Positions 39,547-50,437 of a stretch of DNA of 64,000 nt are shown here, piece by piece. Origin of the DNA: Phycisphaerales bacterium (GTDB lineage: Bacteria; Planctomycetota; Phycisphaerae; Sedimentisphaerales; UBA12454). Location: contig PLMU01000009.1 of assembly GCA_003142595.1 (NCBI GenBank), positions 8,195-72,194 on the forward strand, read 5' to 3'. Made by a program: the position numbers and the translations under genes. How positions within the stretch are numbered: the stretch's first letter is position 1; every line of letters begins with the position of its first letter. The notes beneath the pieces were generated by a model, which saw only the letters and a program-made list of their open reading frames with translations, had not been told where the DNA came from and made no database searches.

Positions 39547-40206
39547 TTAGCGTTGCCAATTGATAGCTTCCTTTGGCACATTGGCCAAATCGGGAGCATA
39601 GAAATCTGCGCCGGGGAGTTTTTCCGGCGTGAAACTTGAAGTTATCGCAAGGCATTTTGCCCCAGCGGCCTTGGCAGCCTGTATTCCGCTGAGAGCGTCC
39701 TCAATAACAAGGCAATCCTTCGGGTCAATACCCATTTTTTCCGCTGCGAGCAAAAATATGTCAGGGGCGGGTTTGGTATGTTTGACATTATTGCCATAAA
39801 TAATAGCGTCAAAAGTTTCAGGCGGAATTTTCAGCTCTGCAAAGTTGCCGGCGGCCTTCCGTATATCAGCGCTTGTAGCGACCGAGATTTTCTTTCCAAG
39901 CCGTTTACATTCAGTAATAAATTCTTTTGCGCCGGGCAGGGGCTTGAGATTTCCTCTGATTAGCTCAAGATAGATATCGTAGGTTCGCGTTGTAGCCTTT
40001 TCGATGTCGATTGGGAAGTTGTGGTTTTTGGCCATTCCGCGGACACAGTTTTTTTCACCTGTTCCTGTAAAGGGATGAAAATCCTCAGCTGTGATTTTCA
40101 GGCCGAACTCGGCAAGTGCCTGTATTACGGCCTTTATTATGAAAGGTTCCGAATCGACCAGAACGCCGTCCATATCGAAGATTATGCCTTTAGGGGATAT
40201 TGCCAT
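39547..40206 (-). CDS. HAD phosphatase (beta-phosphoglucomutase-like)
   Basis: IFDMDGVLVDSE, KPAPDIF, VIEDA. Confidence 0.88.
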   Translation of the reverse strand: MAISPKGIIFDMDGVLVDSEPFIIKAVIQALAEFGLKITAEDFHPFTGTGEKNCVRGMAKNHNFPIDIEKATTRTYDIYLELIRGNLKPLPGAKEFITECKRLGKKISVATSADIRKAAGNFAELKIPPETFDAIIYGNNVKHTKPAPDIFLLAAEKMGIDPKDCLVIEDALSGIQAAKAAGAKCLAITSSFTPEKLPGADFYAPDLANVPKEAINWQR

Positions 40207-40207
40207 A

Positions 40208-40873
40208 TTATTCCTTTTCAACAGCTTTTCTAATCAAGTCCGGCCGGTCTGTTATTATCCCTGCGATGCGGCAATCGGCAAGGAATTTTGCTATTTCTGT
40301 ATCGTTTACCGTCCAGGCAAAAATTTTCAAATTCGACTTTTTGCACATATCAGTGAAATCGGCGGTTATAAAATTATATTCCAGAGCAAAACCTGAAAAT
40401 TTATTATCGCAGGCACGTTTGATAAGTTCGCTGCCATTTAAACCTTTTTTCGCCCTTACAGAAAGACAAACACATATATCAGGCATATTCATTTTCGCCT
40501 GTTTCATCGTCTGGAAGTCAAAGCCGATAAGGACAATCTGCCGCTGTTTTGCACATCTCTGGATTTCGGTTTTCAACGCGGGGATAATTTCGCTTTTACA
40601 TTTTATCTCTATAAAGACTCTTTTGTTTTCCGGCAAAACGTCAAAAATTTGACTAAGACTTGCTATGCCGGTTTTTTCAAGCTGCTGAAAATCAGCGGCA
40701 GAAACTCGAATACCATTTGTATTTGCATCGTGAATTACAGCAACTGTGTCGTCTTTTGACAATCTTACATCAATTTCAACTGCGTCGGCGCCAATCTGCC
40801 AGGCGGCCAGAACTGCAGCCGGCGTATTCTCAACGGCTTGTATGCAGAAACCTCTATGTGCGATTATTTCCAT
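40208..40873 (-). CDS. Glycerophosphodiester phosphodiesterase
   Basis: IAHRG, ENT, EIDV, IHD, WTVND, IITDRP. Confidence 0.9.
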   Translation of the reverse strand: MEIIAHRGFCIQAVENTPAAVLAAWQIGADAVEIDVRLSKDDTVAVIHDANTNGIRVSAADFQQLEKTGIASLSQIFDVLPENKRVFIEIKCKSEIIPALKTEIQRCAKQRQIVLIGFDFQTMKQAKMNMPDICVCLSVRAKKGLNGSELIKRACDNKFSGFALEYNFITADFTDMCKKSNLKIFAWTVNDTEIAKFLADCRIAGIITDRPDLIRKAVEKE

Positions 40874-41901
40874 TATTTAAGTCTGTCAGCGCCTAATTGG
40901 CCGCAGGCGGCCTTTATGCTGGTGCCGCGGCGGAATCTTATTATTGTCTCAATGCCGGCCTGCATCAGAATATCCTTAAACATTTTTATCCTGTCGCGGT
41001 CGGCAGGTTTAAAATCGGCGCCTGGATGAGGATTGTATTCAATAAGATTGACGCTTGCGTGCAGACCTCTTAAAAGCTGAATAAGTTTGCGAGCCAATTC
41101 CAAACTGTCGTTAACGTCTTCCATCATACAGTATTCAATGGTTATTCTGCGATCTGTTTTTTGATTGTAATGCTTCATCGCGGCCAGTAACACAGGCAGA
41201 GGATATTTTTTCGCTGCCGGCACAATTTTTTTCCTTAATTCATCGTCAGGGGTGTGAATAGAAACCGCAAGGCGCGGATAAATATCTTCATCGGCAAGTT
41301 TCTTTATTCCGTCAGGCAGGCCGACAGTGGAAATTGTCTGTCTGCGGATACCGATATTTTTTCCTGCAGGGTCGGCTAAGATTCTCACGGCTTTTATAGT
41401 ATTTTCATAATTGTCCAGCGGTTCGCCCATACCCATATAGACGATATTGTTTATTTTGCAGCCGCTGTCGGCGGAAATAACGATAACCTGGTCAACAATT
41501 TCTCCTGCGGTAAGGTTTCTGGCAAATTTAAGATAGCCTGTCGCGCAGAATCTGCAGCCCAGCCGGCAGCCGACCTGAGTTGAAACGCAGATTGTCTTTC
41601 GGCCGGACTCATCAAGCAGGACAGATTCAATTTGCTGGCAATCGGCAGTTTCAAAAAGATATTTTGCTGTGCCGTCAGGGTCTTGGAGCTTTTCTACGAT
41701 TTTGAGATTAGAAATGAAAAAGCCGTCTTCGGTAAGTTTTGTGCGGAACTCCTTCGGCAGGGTGGTGAAAAGATTGATGTCGTTTATGTTGTGCTGGTGA
41801 ATGAAGCTGAATACGTATTTGGCAAGATAGCTTTTGCCGCCGTAGCCGGTGATGATTGAGCCAATTTCCGCAAGCATTTTGTTTTTAAGGTCTTTATCCA
41901 T
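40873..41901 (-). CDS. rlmN: 23S rRNA m2A2503 methyltransferase RlmN
   Basis: CVSTQVGCRLGCRFCATG, MGMGEP, AACGQL. Confidence 0.93.
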   Translation of the reverse strand: MDKDLKNKMLAEIGSIITGYGGKSYLAKYVFSFIHQHNINDINLFTTLPKEFRTKLTEDGFFISNLKIVEKLQDPDGTAKYLFETADCQQIESVLLDESGRKTICVSTQVGCRLGCRFCATGYLKFARNLTAGEIVDQVIVISADSGCKINNIVYMGMGEPLDNYENTIKAVRILADPAGKNIGIRRQTISTVGLPDGIKKLADEDIYPRLAVSIHTPDDELRKKIVPAAKKYPLPVLLAAMKHYNQKTDRRITIEYCMMEDVNDSLELARKLIQLLRGLHASVNLIEYNPHPGADFKPADRDRIKMFKDILMQAGIETIIRFRRGTSIKAACGQLGADRLK

Positions 41902-42020
41902 ATTTGTTTAGTTTAGCTTAAGTTTTGATTTTGTCGAGAAGCAAAATAGCATTTGACCTGCGAGGCGTCTATAAGTACAATTCTCGCATAATATTATGAC
42001 TTTTAGGGAGTTTATTGCAG

Positions 42021-43397
42021 ATGGACCCGACAATTTTCAAGGCTTATGACATTCGCGGGATTTATCCCGACCAGCTAAATGAGGACGCAGCGTGGAAGAT
42101 AGGCAATGCATCCGCGACATTTCTAAGAGCTATGCTTCGCGGCTATGACCGCGGACTTGCCAATAAGCAAAGTCTTTGCGTTGGTCACGATATGCGGCTG
42201 CACAGCAGGGCGCTGGCTAACGCATTAATCAAAGGAATGAACGCTGCCGGCGCAAAGATTATTGATATCGGTATGATTGATACGCCGCAGATGTATTTTG
42301 CTATAAACTACCTCGGCACCTGCGGAGGCGTGCAGGTAACGGCTTCACATAATCCGGCGCAGTATAACGGTTTTAAGATTTCCGGCCTTGAGGCAAAACC
42401 TGTCGGAGTCGATACAGGTTTAAAGGAAATAAAACATATCGCAACGTCATTGCTCCATACCCGCGGGTCAACGGAAGAGATGATAGAGAAACGCGACCTG
42501 ACAGAAGCGTATAAAGAGCATGTATTAAAATTTCTCGGCTCAAAAGTGAAACCTTTGAAAATTGTTATTGACGCTTCCAATGGTATGGCGGGAAAGATGG
42601 TTCCGCTGATTTTCGAGAAAATAGGCATAGAGATAATAAAAATCAATTTCGAGCATAAAGGGGTTTTTAAGCACGAGCCTAATCCGCTGATTGAAGACAA
42701 TCTGAAACAGCTTAAGGATACAGTAAAAAAACGCAAGGCGGATATTGGAGTATGTTTTGACGGCGACGCGGACAGGCTTGTAGTAGTTGACGGAAAAGGA
42801 GAAACAATCAGCTGTGATATATTAACTGCCCTTATGGTTCCATATTTCCTTAAAAAATCGCCGGGTTCTGCGGTTGTTTATGATTTGCGGAGCAGCTGGG
42901 TTGTGCGCGAAGAAATTTTAAAAGCAGGCGGCATTGCCAGACGCGAAAGAGTAGGGCACGCGTATATGAAAAAGACGCTGCGGACAGCAAGAGCGGTTTT
43001 CGGCGGCGAACTGAGCGGCCATTTCTATTACCGTGATAATTTTTACGCAGATTCCGCCTTTATTACTTTTGTGCATCTAATTAATATCCTGAGTTCTTCA
43101 GACGACCCCATCAGCGAGCTTGTTAAACCGCTGCAAAGATACTATGCCAGCGGCGAGATAAATTTCGCTGTAGACGAAAAAGAAGAGATGATGAAAGAGC
43201 TGAAGCGTAAATTCAGCCAGGGCGAAATCGACGACCTTGACGGAATAACGATTCAGTTCAAAGACTGGTGGTTTAATTGCCGGCCGAGCAATACTGAACC
43301 TTTCCTGCGGCTCAATGTCGAGGCAAAAAGTAAAGAGCTGCTGGATAAGCAGCTTAAAGAAATAGAATCCCTGTTAGGCGAACCGGTTAAGCATTAA
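42021..43397 (+). CDS. Phosphomannomutase/phosphoglucomutase
   Basis: FKAYDIRG, TASHNP, FDGDADR, GELSGH, RPSNTEP. Confidence 0.93.
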   Translation: MDPTIFKAYDIRGIYPDQLNEDAAWKIGNASATFLRAMLRGYDRGLANKQSLCVGHDMRLHSRALANALIKGMNAAGAKIIDIGMIDTPQMYFAINYLGTCGGVQVTASHNPAQYNGFKISGLEAKPVGVDTGLKEIKHIATSLLHTRGSTEEMIEKRDLTEAYKEHVLKFLGSKVKPLKIVIDASNGMAGKMVPLIFEKIGIEIIKINFEHKGVFKHEPNPLIEDNLKQLKDTVKKRKADIGVCFDGDADRLVVVDGKGETISCDILTALMVPYFLKKSPGSAVVYDLRSSWVVREEILKAGGIARRERVGHAYMKKTLRTARAVFGGELSGHFYYRDNFYADSAFITFVHLINILSSSDDPISELVKPLQRYYASGEINFAVDEKEEMMKELKRKFSQGEIDDLDGITIQFKDWWFNCRPSNTEPFLRLNVEAKSKELLDKQLKEIESLLGEPVKH

Positions 43398-43402
43398 TTT
43401 TT

Positions 43403-44659
43403 ATGCTGCACAAATTTCCATACAAAGATTTTCCTTCGGTTGATGTGCCCGAAGGTAATCTTGCGGGAATTTACAAGCCTGTCGAATATCCACAGAATGA
43501 GGATGAAAGCAAAATTCTTGAAAAAGCGCTTGCCAATCCCATAGTCGTAGACCGGCTCGACAGGATGGTGAAAACCGGTATGAAAACTGTCATAGCGGTT
43601 GATGATATCACACGCTCGACAAAAACGGAGCTTATGCTGCCGCTGGTTTTAAGGCAGCTTTCGCAGGCAAAGATTAATAATAAAGACATTACAATTTTTA
43701 TCGCGCTGGGCACTCACCGGCAGATGACCGAGAGCGAAATAAGGCTCAAATATACAAAAGAGGCGGCTGAAAATTATCGCATAATAAATCCCGACTGGAA
43801 AGTAATCGCAGACTACAGGGCTGTCGGCAAAAGTTCTGACGGTTTTGAAATCAAAATGCACAAAGAGATACTTAACGCTGATTTTGTAATCGGGCTTGGC
43901 CAGACAGTGCCGCATATGTATGCAGGTTTCGGAGGCGGCGGGAAAATAATCAACCCCGGCTGCTCGGATGAGCAGACAATCGGCCAAATGCACTGGCTAA
44001 GTCATACAATACCTTCAAAACAGAGATTCGGCACCCGTGATAACCCGGTAAGACAGCTTGTAAACGATGTCGCTGTAAAAAGTGGCCTGAAATTTATTCT
44101 TAATGAAGTGCCGACGATGGAAAGCAAAATTGCCGCTGCGTTTGCGGGCGACCCGATTAAGGCTCATCAGGCGGCGTGCGATTTTGCAGCCGGATTGTAT
44201 ATGGTCAAGGTGCAAAAGGCTGATATTGTGATTGCCGATTCATATCCTGCCGACATTGATTTCTGGCAGTCGCTAAAGGTGCTGTATTCTGCGCATTTTG
44301 CGGTAAAAAAAGGCGGCACGTTAATATTTGTTTCACCCTGTCCGGAAGGAGTCAGCTCGCAGCATCCTGAAATAACCCAAATCGGTTATAAAACAGGTTA
44401 TGAACAGATAAAAAAACTTGTCGCCGAAGGCAAATTGAGCAAGGTTGTGGCGGCAAATGTGTGGATGGGAAATGAAATCCTGCAAAACAGCGAGGTTGTT
44501 TTTGTGACCAAAGGCATATCGGAAAAAGAATTAACAGCAATGGGTTTTCAATGGGCGGCAAATCCTGACATCGCGTTAAAAGCGGCAATAAAAAAGCACC
44601 GCAAAGACGCGAAAATCAGCATACTCTGCGGTGCATCGAAAATTATCTGTCAAACCTGA
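43403..44659 (+). CDS. larA: Nickel-pincer lactate racemase family protein
   Basis: DDITR, ALGTHR, PHMYAGFGGGGK, CPEG. Confidence 0.85.
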   Translation: MLHKFPYKDFPSVDVPEGNLAGIYKPVEYPQNEDESKILEKALANPIVVDRLDRMVKTGMKTVIAVDDITRSTKTELMLPLVLRQLSQAKINNKDITIFIALGTHRQMTESEIRLKYTKEAAENYRIINPDWKVIADYRAVGKSSDGFEIKMHKEILNADFVIGLGQTVPHMYAGFGGGGKIINPGCSDEQTIGQMHWLSHTIPSKQRFGTRDNPVRQLVNDVAVKSGLKFILNEVPTMESKIAAAFAGDPIKAHQAACDFAAGLYMVKVQKADIVIADSYPADIDFWQSLKVLYSAHFAVKKGGTLIFVSPCPEGVSSQHPEITQIGYKTGYEQIKKLVAEGKLSKVVAANVWMGNEILQNSEVVFVTKGISEKELTAMGFQWAANPDIALKAAIKKHRKDAKISILCGASKIICQT

Positions 44660-44665
44660 CGGCCG

Positions 44666-46030
44666 TTATTTATCAAACGGCATTTTAGCCCCGCCGCTGG
44701 GGGTAATTGTTGTATCGCTTTGCGTTCCTACCGGATTTTGCTGCTCATGGCCCTGCCTTCTGCAGATTAGCCCTTCAGATAATTTAGACTCATTGCCGCC
44801 TATTAATATCGCATAGGAATAGCCTGGCATAACCTTTACAATTTTTATGGTGGCGACAGGCTCTTCGGTTTGTCCGAGCGATTCTTTTGTGTCATAATCG
44901 AAAATCTCTTCGCCTTGCTGGAGGACTTCATAAATATCCGATACGGCGATGTCTTTGCCGCCTTTATTAATGGCAATCGTTTTATTGGGCAGGATTTTTG
45001 CGATTCTGACCGGATATAGCCCCTGTGTTATATTATCGGCAATCGGACTGACAGCTAATTTAATCAGTTCATCAGCGAGCAGGCGATAATCAATCTTGTC
45101 ATCCTGCCAATTAGGGATAAGTTTTCTGACGTCCCTGTCATACTGGAGCCATAAGTTTACTGAATCTGAAAATTTAATCTGGGTTGTCGCTGCGCCGATA
45201 AGAGAATAATCCAGTTTAAACTTTGCTTCGTGTTCAAAGACACACTGGCCTGTGATTTCCACATATTTTATATTTTCACTTATTGATGCTTCGTTCAGCG
45301 TCAAAGCAAGAATATAGTCGGCACCTAAAAGATTTCCCAGTTTCGCTTTTTCTTCAAGGGAAGCGTCGCCGCGCCAGACCAGACCTTTTTCCTGCATAAT
45401 CTTGTCGATGTAGCTCCTGTCGAGGATGGCGAATTTATTAGTCGCTGCGAGTTTGGTGTTCAAAATATGTGAAATTTTCTTTTCGATTTCGCTGCTGCTC
45501 AAGAGGACTTCTTTGCCGCGAACAAGCTGCTCGATTTTATCGCATCCCGACTCTGAGCTTGTGATAGTGCCGAAGCGGTAAACGCTGCTTAAAGTTGTCG
45601 GCGCCACAACGGCTATTCTTACTCTGTTGTTTTTGTCCGGCGGCTGATAGTCGTATATCCAGGCTTTGACTTTTACCTCGTAGGAATTGGCGTCGTGTTT
45701 CTCTTCGAGGACATCATAGGTTTTTACAAATGCGCCAATTTGCATTTCATTTGTAGAGCCTTTGGTTCTTATTGAAACGGCGTCGAAGCCTATTTCCTTG
45801 CCGGAGCCTTTTCTATCAATATCCGCGGAAGCGGAATCATAACTGTATTCATATTCTCCGGAGCCGACACTTATTCCCTTTGCCTTGGCGACGGCCTCAA
45901 AGATGGCTCTTTTTATCGCTTCCTGCCTTGTCGGAGCGACTCCTTTGCCTTCCTGGACGATGGGTTTTGTTTCAGCAAAAGCCTGTAAAGAAAGCAGGCC
46001 AATCAACAATAGTGTTATTGTCTTTTTCAT
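44666..46030 (-). CDS. CsgG/FlgT-like periplasmic protein
   Basis: Signal peptide; KFAILDR, LGADYIL, DYDTKESLG. Confidence 0.7.
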   Translation of the reverse strand: MKKTITLLLIGLLSLQAFAETKPIVQEGKGVAPTRQEAIKRAIFEAVAKAKGISVGSGEYEYSYDSASADIDRKGSGKEIGFDAVSIRTKGSTNEMQIGAFVKTYDVLEEKHDANSYEVKVKAWIYDYQPPDKNNRVRIAVVAPTTLSSVYRFGTITSSESGCDKIEQLVRGKEVLLSSSEIEKKISHILNTKLAATNKFAILDRSYIDKIMQEKGLVWRGDASLEEKAKLGNLLGADYILALTLNEASISENIKYVEITGQCVFEHEAKFKLDYSLIGAATTQIKFSDSVNLWLQYDRDVRKLIPNWQDDKIDYRLLADELIKLAVSPIADNITQGLYPVRIAKILPNKTIAINKGGKDIAVSDIYEVLQQGEEIFDYDTKESLGQTEEPVATIKIVKVMPGYSYAILIGGNESKLSEGLICRRQGHEQQNPVGTQSDTTITPSGGAKMPFDK

Positions 46031-46063
46031 TTTTGTTCGTCCTTAAACTTTTTTTATACAGTA

Positions 46064-46675
46064 TTACCAGGAAACTGTTTTGTTACTTCCGCGTTTTACG
46101 ATAGGGACCTCTTTCTGCCAGAATCTAAGGCCGGTCTTTACATCTGTAAGCTTCAGTTGGAAATAATATTCCACCTGCTGCTTATCACTGTCATAACGCA
46201 GATTTCTCTGGAAGATTTTTCCGGACATACTTAATTCCGGAGCGATTATTTGTCCCTTTTGGGGCATAGTCGGCTGATTAAACTCTTCGCCTCTCGAAGA
46301 GTCGCGGACATCCCTCATACCATAAACAGTGTCATCGCGATTGCTCTCTTTGCCGCCAACTGCGGAAGTCATAACAACCTGTCCGCTATTCATCATATCT
46401 TCTTCGATTTTCGCGGTAAGCTGGTCGGTGTCAATCCTCTGCATCGTGTCGTTAGTAACTTTGCTTGTGGCCAGGACATATCTGCTGCCGTCCTTTTTAG
46501 ACAGGACGCCTGAATGCAGAAGCGATTGAATCATATCGCTTGCGGCCTGGTCGAAATCCCTGTAATCGAGCGACATAACCTGTTTGCCGGTGTCATTTTT
46601 GGTATCTACTTTCTGAACTTCCTCACAGCCGGCAAGGAAAAATGGTATAACAAATAATACAGCAAGTTTTTTCAT
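46064..46675 (-). CDS. lpoB: LpoB-like lipoprotein
   Basis: LAGC lipobox; NDTMQRIDT, YYFQLKLTDVKTG..FW. Confidence 0.75.
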   Translation of the reverse strand: MKKLAVLFVIPFFLAGCEEVQKVDTKNDTGKQVMSLDYRDFDQAASDMIQSLLHSGVLSKKDGSRYVLATSKVTNDTMQRIDTDQLTAKIEEDMMNSGQVVMTSAVGGKESNRDDTVYGMRDVRDSSRGEEFNQPTMPQKGQIIAPELSMSGKIFQRNLRYDSDKQQVEYYFQLKLTDVKTGLRFWQKEVPIVKRGSNKTVSW

Positions 46676-46690
46676 ATAATTATCCTTTCT

Positions 46691-47134
46691 TTATTCGGGG
46701 GTTTTTCTCGTATCCATTCTGAAATCAGTAACTTCTTTTGACGGAGCGACGGCTTTAAAATCGAAAGTAGTCCTTGATTTTGCCGAAACCGGCATCCAGA
46801 CGGCCGCTTTGGAATCGACGGTAGCGCCATTTTTGTCGAGCCAATCTACTTTGTAATCAAATCGCTTTGTATAGACGGCCCGGTTGTAGCCTGTTACCTG
46901 AATTTCAAGGAAGTCCGAGTTGTTTCTGAAGACTTTTACATCTTTTAAGTCGATTCCATGTCCTGCCAGCAGACTGAAAGCGGCGTACACAGGACGCGTG
47001 AGGTAATTGTTCGCGGCGTCAGAGCTTTTGACGTCGGAGTCGAGACTTACTCGTTTGTCTTTATATTCTTTGTTACAGCCGTTTAACAACACAATCGAAA
47101 CGGCAAAAAACAACAAAAGAAAACACTTTTTCAT
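46691..47134 (-). CDS. YcfL/DUF1425-like lipoprotein
   Basis: LNGC lipobox; YKVDWLDKNG, VAPSKEVTDFR. Confidence 0.7.
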   Translation of the reverse strand: MKKCFLLLFFAVSIVLLNGCNKEYKDKRVSLDSDVKSSDAANNYLTRPVYAAFSLLAGHGIDLKDVKVFRNNSDFLEIQVTGYNRAVYTKRFDYKVDWLDKNGATVDSKAAVWMPVSAKSRTTFDFKAVAPSKEVTDFRMDTRKTPE

Positions 47135-47165
47135 AGTTATCTCCTTAATTATATTTTAAATTTTC

Positions 47166-48560
47166 TCACATAGGAATAATTTCGTAAACAGGTTTCGCAT
47201 TTCTTTGCACGATTTTAATATAAACCAATACATTATTACAATTTGGCAGTTGAATGTCAAATGTCTGGCAATTGTCAGGTGTAATTTTAAGTATATTATT
47301 CTGGGGCTTTGGCATTTTTGCAACCTGGAAATCCTTCGGCAGGGCAGTCCAGATTCTGATATCGGCATCATTGGTCATAAACGAATAGGCAGCTATTCCC
47401 ATCGCAAGAAGGTTGGCCCCAGTGGAACCCTGGCTTGTTAAAGCATATTGGGCGACAACTTTGGCGGTTGTTGAAACTATCGCCCTGAATAAGGCGGCAT
47501 CAAAGTCTTTTTTAAATTCGCTGTGTATAACCCTGTCCATATTGCAGACAACAGAGGTATTATATATGGTTCCGTCAGAATCTATTTGCAGGGAAGTAAC
47601 CGCGCCATCTCTGTATTTGAGTTTCGGCAGCGCAATTCCCGCGTAGAATACTCTGTTGGTTGCTATGAAAATCGGCAGGTCGATTCTGAATTCTTCTCTA
47701 ATCGGACCTACTCCGTTCTCAAAAATCACCCATACGGTATTTTTGAAAGTGCCGTTTGCGGCGAGCAATTTTTCAGTTTCGTCAAATTCCTGAGCGATGG
47801 AATTATTTTCGGGGACAAGGCCGCAGGTTTCTTTCAACAGGTCGCGTGCTTCTGAAGTCTGACCTGTGCCGTTGAAGTAAACTGACGCCAGATAATTAAC
47901 AAAAGGATTAACATAATTGCTATAGGCCTTATACGCGTCAAGTTCCGGGTATTTATCGTGCAGAGCTTGTCCTAATTTGGGGTCTTCAAGAGTCGATTTA
48001 GCGAGGCTGCCGTATTGAGCCTTGTCGAGCTGCTCTTTTTCCTTATTGATTTCTTTTTCGAAAACTTCCTTTGTTCTTCTTTGTCTGTCAAGCGCCCTGT
48101 TAAATTCGACTCTCGCAAGGTCAAAATTGCCCTGAGCCATAAAATTCAGGGCCTTATACGTATTTACCATAACTCTATCGTATTGTTCGCCTTGATAAGG
48201 AATAACATTGTCATTAACGACCATGGCGGCTACCTGGTCTCCGCCGGACCAGCGAAGGTCATAGAATTTCAGGAAATCTTCTGCTTTGTCGAAATATTTT
48301 GTGCTGCGGTTGTAATCTTTAAAGCTTCTTTTTGCCGCGGCGGTCTGAAGTATCCAGAGAAGGTCATCGTTGTCAGGATTTTTTCTGTTTTTATCAAAAT
48401 GTTTTTGCGCACTAGTTGCCGCTGAATTGAAATCCGCCGCTTCAAAACGTTCATTGAAGGTTTGCAGCCGCTCCTGCATAGAGTTGCAGCCGCTAATGAG
48501 AGGCAAACTCAAAACTATTGCAGTAAAAACAATTATTAAAACGTAAATCCTTTTGTTCAT
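47166..48560 (-). CDS. COG3014-like TPR lipoprotein
   Basis: ISGC lipobox; YQGEQYD, ARVEFNRA, ADIRIWTALP. Confidence 0.75.
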   Translation of the reverse strand: MNKRIYVLIIVFTAIVLSLPLISGCNSMQERLQTFNERFEAADFNSAATSAQKHFDKNRKNPDNDDLLWILQTAAAKRSFKDYNRSTKYFDKAEDFLKFYDLRWSGGDQVAAMVVNDNVIPYQGEQYDRVMVNTYKALNFMAQGNFDLARVEFNRALDRQRRTKEVFEKEINKEKEQLDKAQYGSLAKSTLEDPKLGQALHDKYPELDAYKAYSNYVNPFVNYLASVYFNGTGQTSEARDLLKETCGLVPENNSIAQEFDETEKLLAANGTFKNTVWVIFENGVGPIREEFRIDLPIFIATNRVFYAGIALPKLKYRDGAVTSLQIDSDGTIYNTSVVCNMDRVIHSEFKKDFDAALFRAIVSTTAKVVAQYALTSQGSTGANLLAMGIAAYSFMTNDADIRIWTALPKDFQVAKMPKPQNNILKITPDNCQTFDIQLPNCNNVLVYIKIVQRNAKPVYEIIPM

Positions 48561-48718
48561 CGGATTAACTCCATGAGAATAAGTGCGATACATTATACTA
48601 AGGTAACGGAAAGATATTTCAATATAAAAAAGGATTGACAGATTACGATATTATCTTACGCTAAAGAGGTATATTTGCCAGAAATGTAACTGTCTTATTT
48701 GAATAGGGTTAAGAGATA

Positions 48719-49519
48719 ATGAAAATTACATGGATGTTGCTGGCAGCGTCGGCATTAGGATTTATTTGCAGCGGATGTGATGTTAACCCTGTAACAGGCC
48801 AGGAAGAGTTTTTACTGGTAAGCCCGGCCCAGGAAAAAAAGATGGGACTAGACGCCTCGGCGCAAGTTGAAAAAGAACTTGGCCAGAGCGTCCAGGACCA
48901 GCAGCTTCAGGATTATATAAGTTCAGTCGGTCATAAAATAGCGGCCGTCTGCCATACGCCCAATGAGGAATTCAGCTATGAGGCAATCGACCACAAATCA
49001 GTGAATGCCTTTGCGCTGCCGGGCGGATATATCTATATTACTACCGGTCTGCTGAAGGTGCTTAACAGCGAGGCTCAGCTTGCGGCGGTTTTAGCGCATG
49101 AAACGGCGCATGTAACAGCAAGGCATATCACTCAGCAAATAACCAGAGACTTTATTATTAATGCCGGCATAACTGTCGCAAGTACGCAGGTGCCGTCGCC
49201 GGCGATGAGAGTTGCAGGTATTGTGAAGCAGCTTGAGGGGATGTCTTTCACCAGAGAACAGGAACGGCAGGCTGATGAAGTCGGACTGAATTATATTGTC
49301 ATAGCAGGTTATACGCCTTACGGGATGGTCGAGACGATGGAGGCGCTGCAAAAACAGAGCGATGGACGGACGATAGAATTCTTTTCTACGCATCCGAGTC
49401 CTGAACACAGGATGGAGTATATAAAGGAAGATATTATAAAAAGAGATTACATCATTTACGGCAAAACCGGCCGAAAAGGCGAGGCGGAATACAAAAGCAA
49501 TGTTTTAGACCGGCTTTGA
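48719..49519 (+). CDS. M48 family metalloprotease lipoprotein
   Basis: NAFALPGG, HETAH, EQERQAD, STHP. Confidence 0.9.
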   Translation: MKITWMLLAASALGFICSGCDVNPVTGQEEFLLVSPAQEKKMGLDASAQVEKELGQSVQDQQLQDYISSVGHKIAAVCHTPNEEFSYEAIDHKSVNAFALPGGYIYITTGLLKVLNSEAQLAAVLAHETAHVTARHITQQITRDFIINAGITVASTQVPSPAMRVAGIVKQLEGMSFTREQERQADEVGLNYIVIAGYTPYGMVETMEALQKQSDGRTIEFFSTHPSPEHRMEYIKEDIIKRDYIIYGKTGRKGEAEYKSNVLDRL

Positions 49520-50437
49520 AAGTAATATCGCCACAGTAAGAGCGATACAGCCGATTGCGTGCAGTAAAATGGTATTTCTGCTCAAATCAATATAACCTTT
49601 CTGTGCCAATTTTTCAGGATTTGCATTTTTAAAACATACTGTGCTCAGAAAAATAACAGGTATAAGCAGAATTGCTGAAGCAAGAGCATTTAGATTTATA
49701 ATCGCGTAAATAATCGACAGCATACAAAGCAATATGAGTATTAATTTATAAAGAGCAGCGGCGTTTTTTATGCCCAGGACGACGACAAGAGTTTTTTTGC
49801 TCACGGCGCTGTCGGCGTTAAAATCCGGAAATTCATTTGCAAAAATTATCTGGAAAATAAGAATAGCGACAATAACGGCAGGCAGAATAAAAACTGAATC
49901 AAAAGTTTTCGTCTGAATAAAAAATGCTCCCCAAACAGGTAAGATTCCAAACAGCAGTCCTATTGTTATTTCACCTGCTGTGCGGTAGCCGAGTTTAATC
50001 GGGGTCGCGGTGTAAAAATATCCGCCAAGAATACCTGCAATTCCAAGTGCAAGCACAAACAAACTTTTTGTGATTATTAGAATTACTATTCCAAGACAGG
50101 CGCCAATAGTCAGAAACACCAATGAGCCTGTCAGAATATCTTTGGGCGACAAAAGATTATTCTGAATCATTCTGCTTCCGCCTGAGAAGGGCGTTTTGTT
50201 GTCGTTGTGCTCATCGTTGCCGGAGATATGGTCGAAATAATCGTTTGCGATATTGGCTCCAAGATGGATTGCTACTGTTGAGCAAATAGCGAACAGACAA
50301 AGAGTTAGGTTAAATTGTCCTGTGTGTGAAAAAGCCAGGGCAGTGCCGACGATTACCGGCAGTGCGCTTGCAGTGCAGAAAGGCGCCCGTAATTCCTTGA
50401 GCCAGAGAATAATTTTGGATTGATTTCTTTCGATCAT
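49505..50437 (-). CDS. menA: 1,4-dihydroxy-2-naphthoate prenyltransferase
   Basis: NIANDYFD, FSGGSR, YTATPIKLGY, NEFPD..AD..KKTL. Confidence 0.85.
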   Translation of the reverse strand: MIERNQSKIILWLKELRAPFCTASALPVIVGTALAFSHTGQFNLTLCLFAICSTVAIHLGANIANDYFDHISGNDEHNDNKTPFSGGSRMIQNNLLSPKDILTGSLVFLTIGACLGIVILIITKSLFVLALGIAGILGGYFYTATPIKLGYRTAGEITIGLLFGILPVWGAFFIQTKTFDSVFILPAVIVAILIFQIIFANEFPDFNADSAVSKKTLVVVLGIKNAAALYKLILILLCMLSIIYAIINLNALASAILLIPVIFLSTVCFKNANPEKLAQKGYIDLSRNTILLHAIGCIALTVAILLSKPV

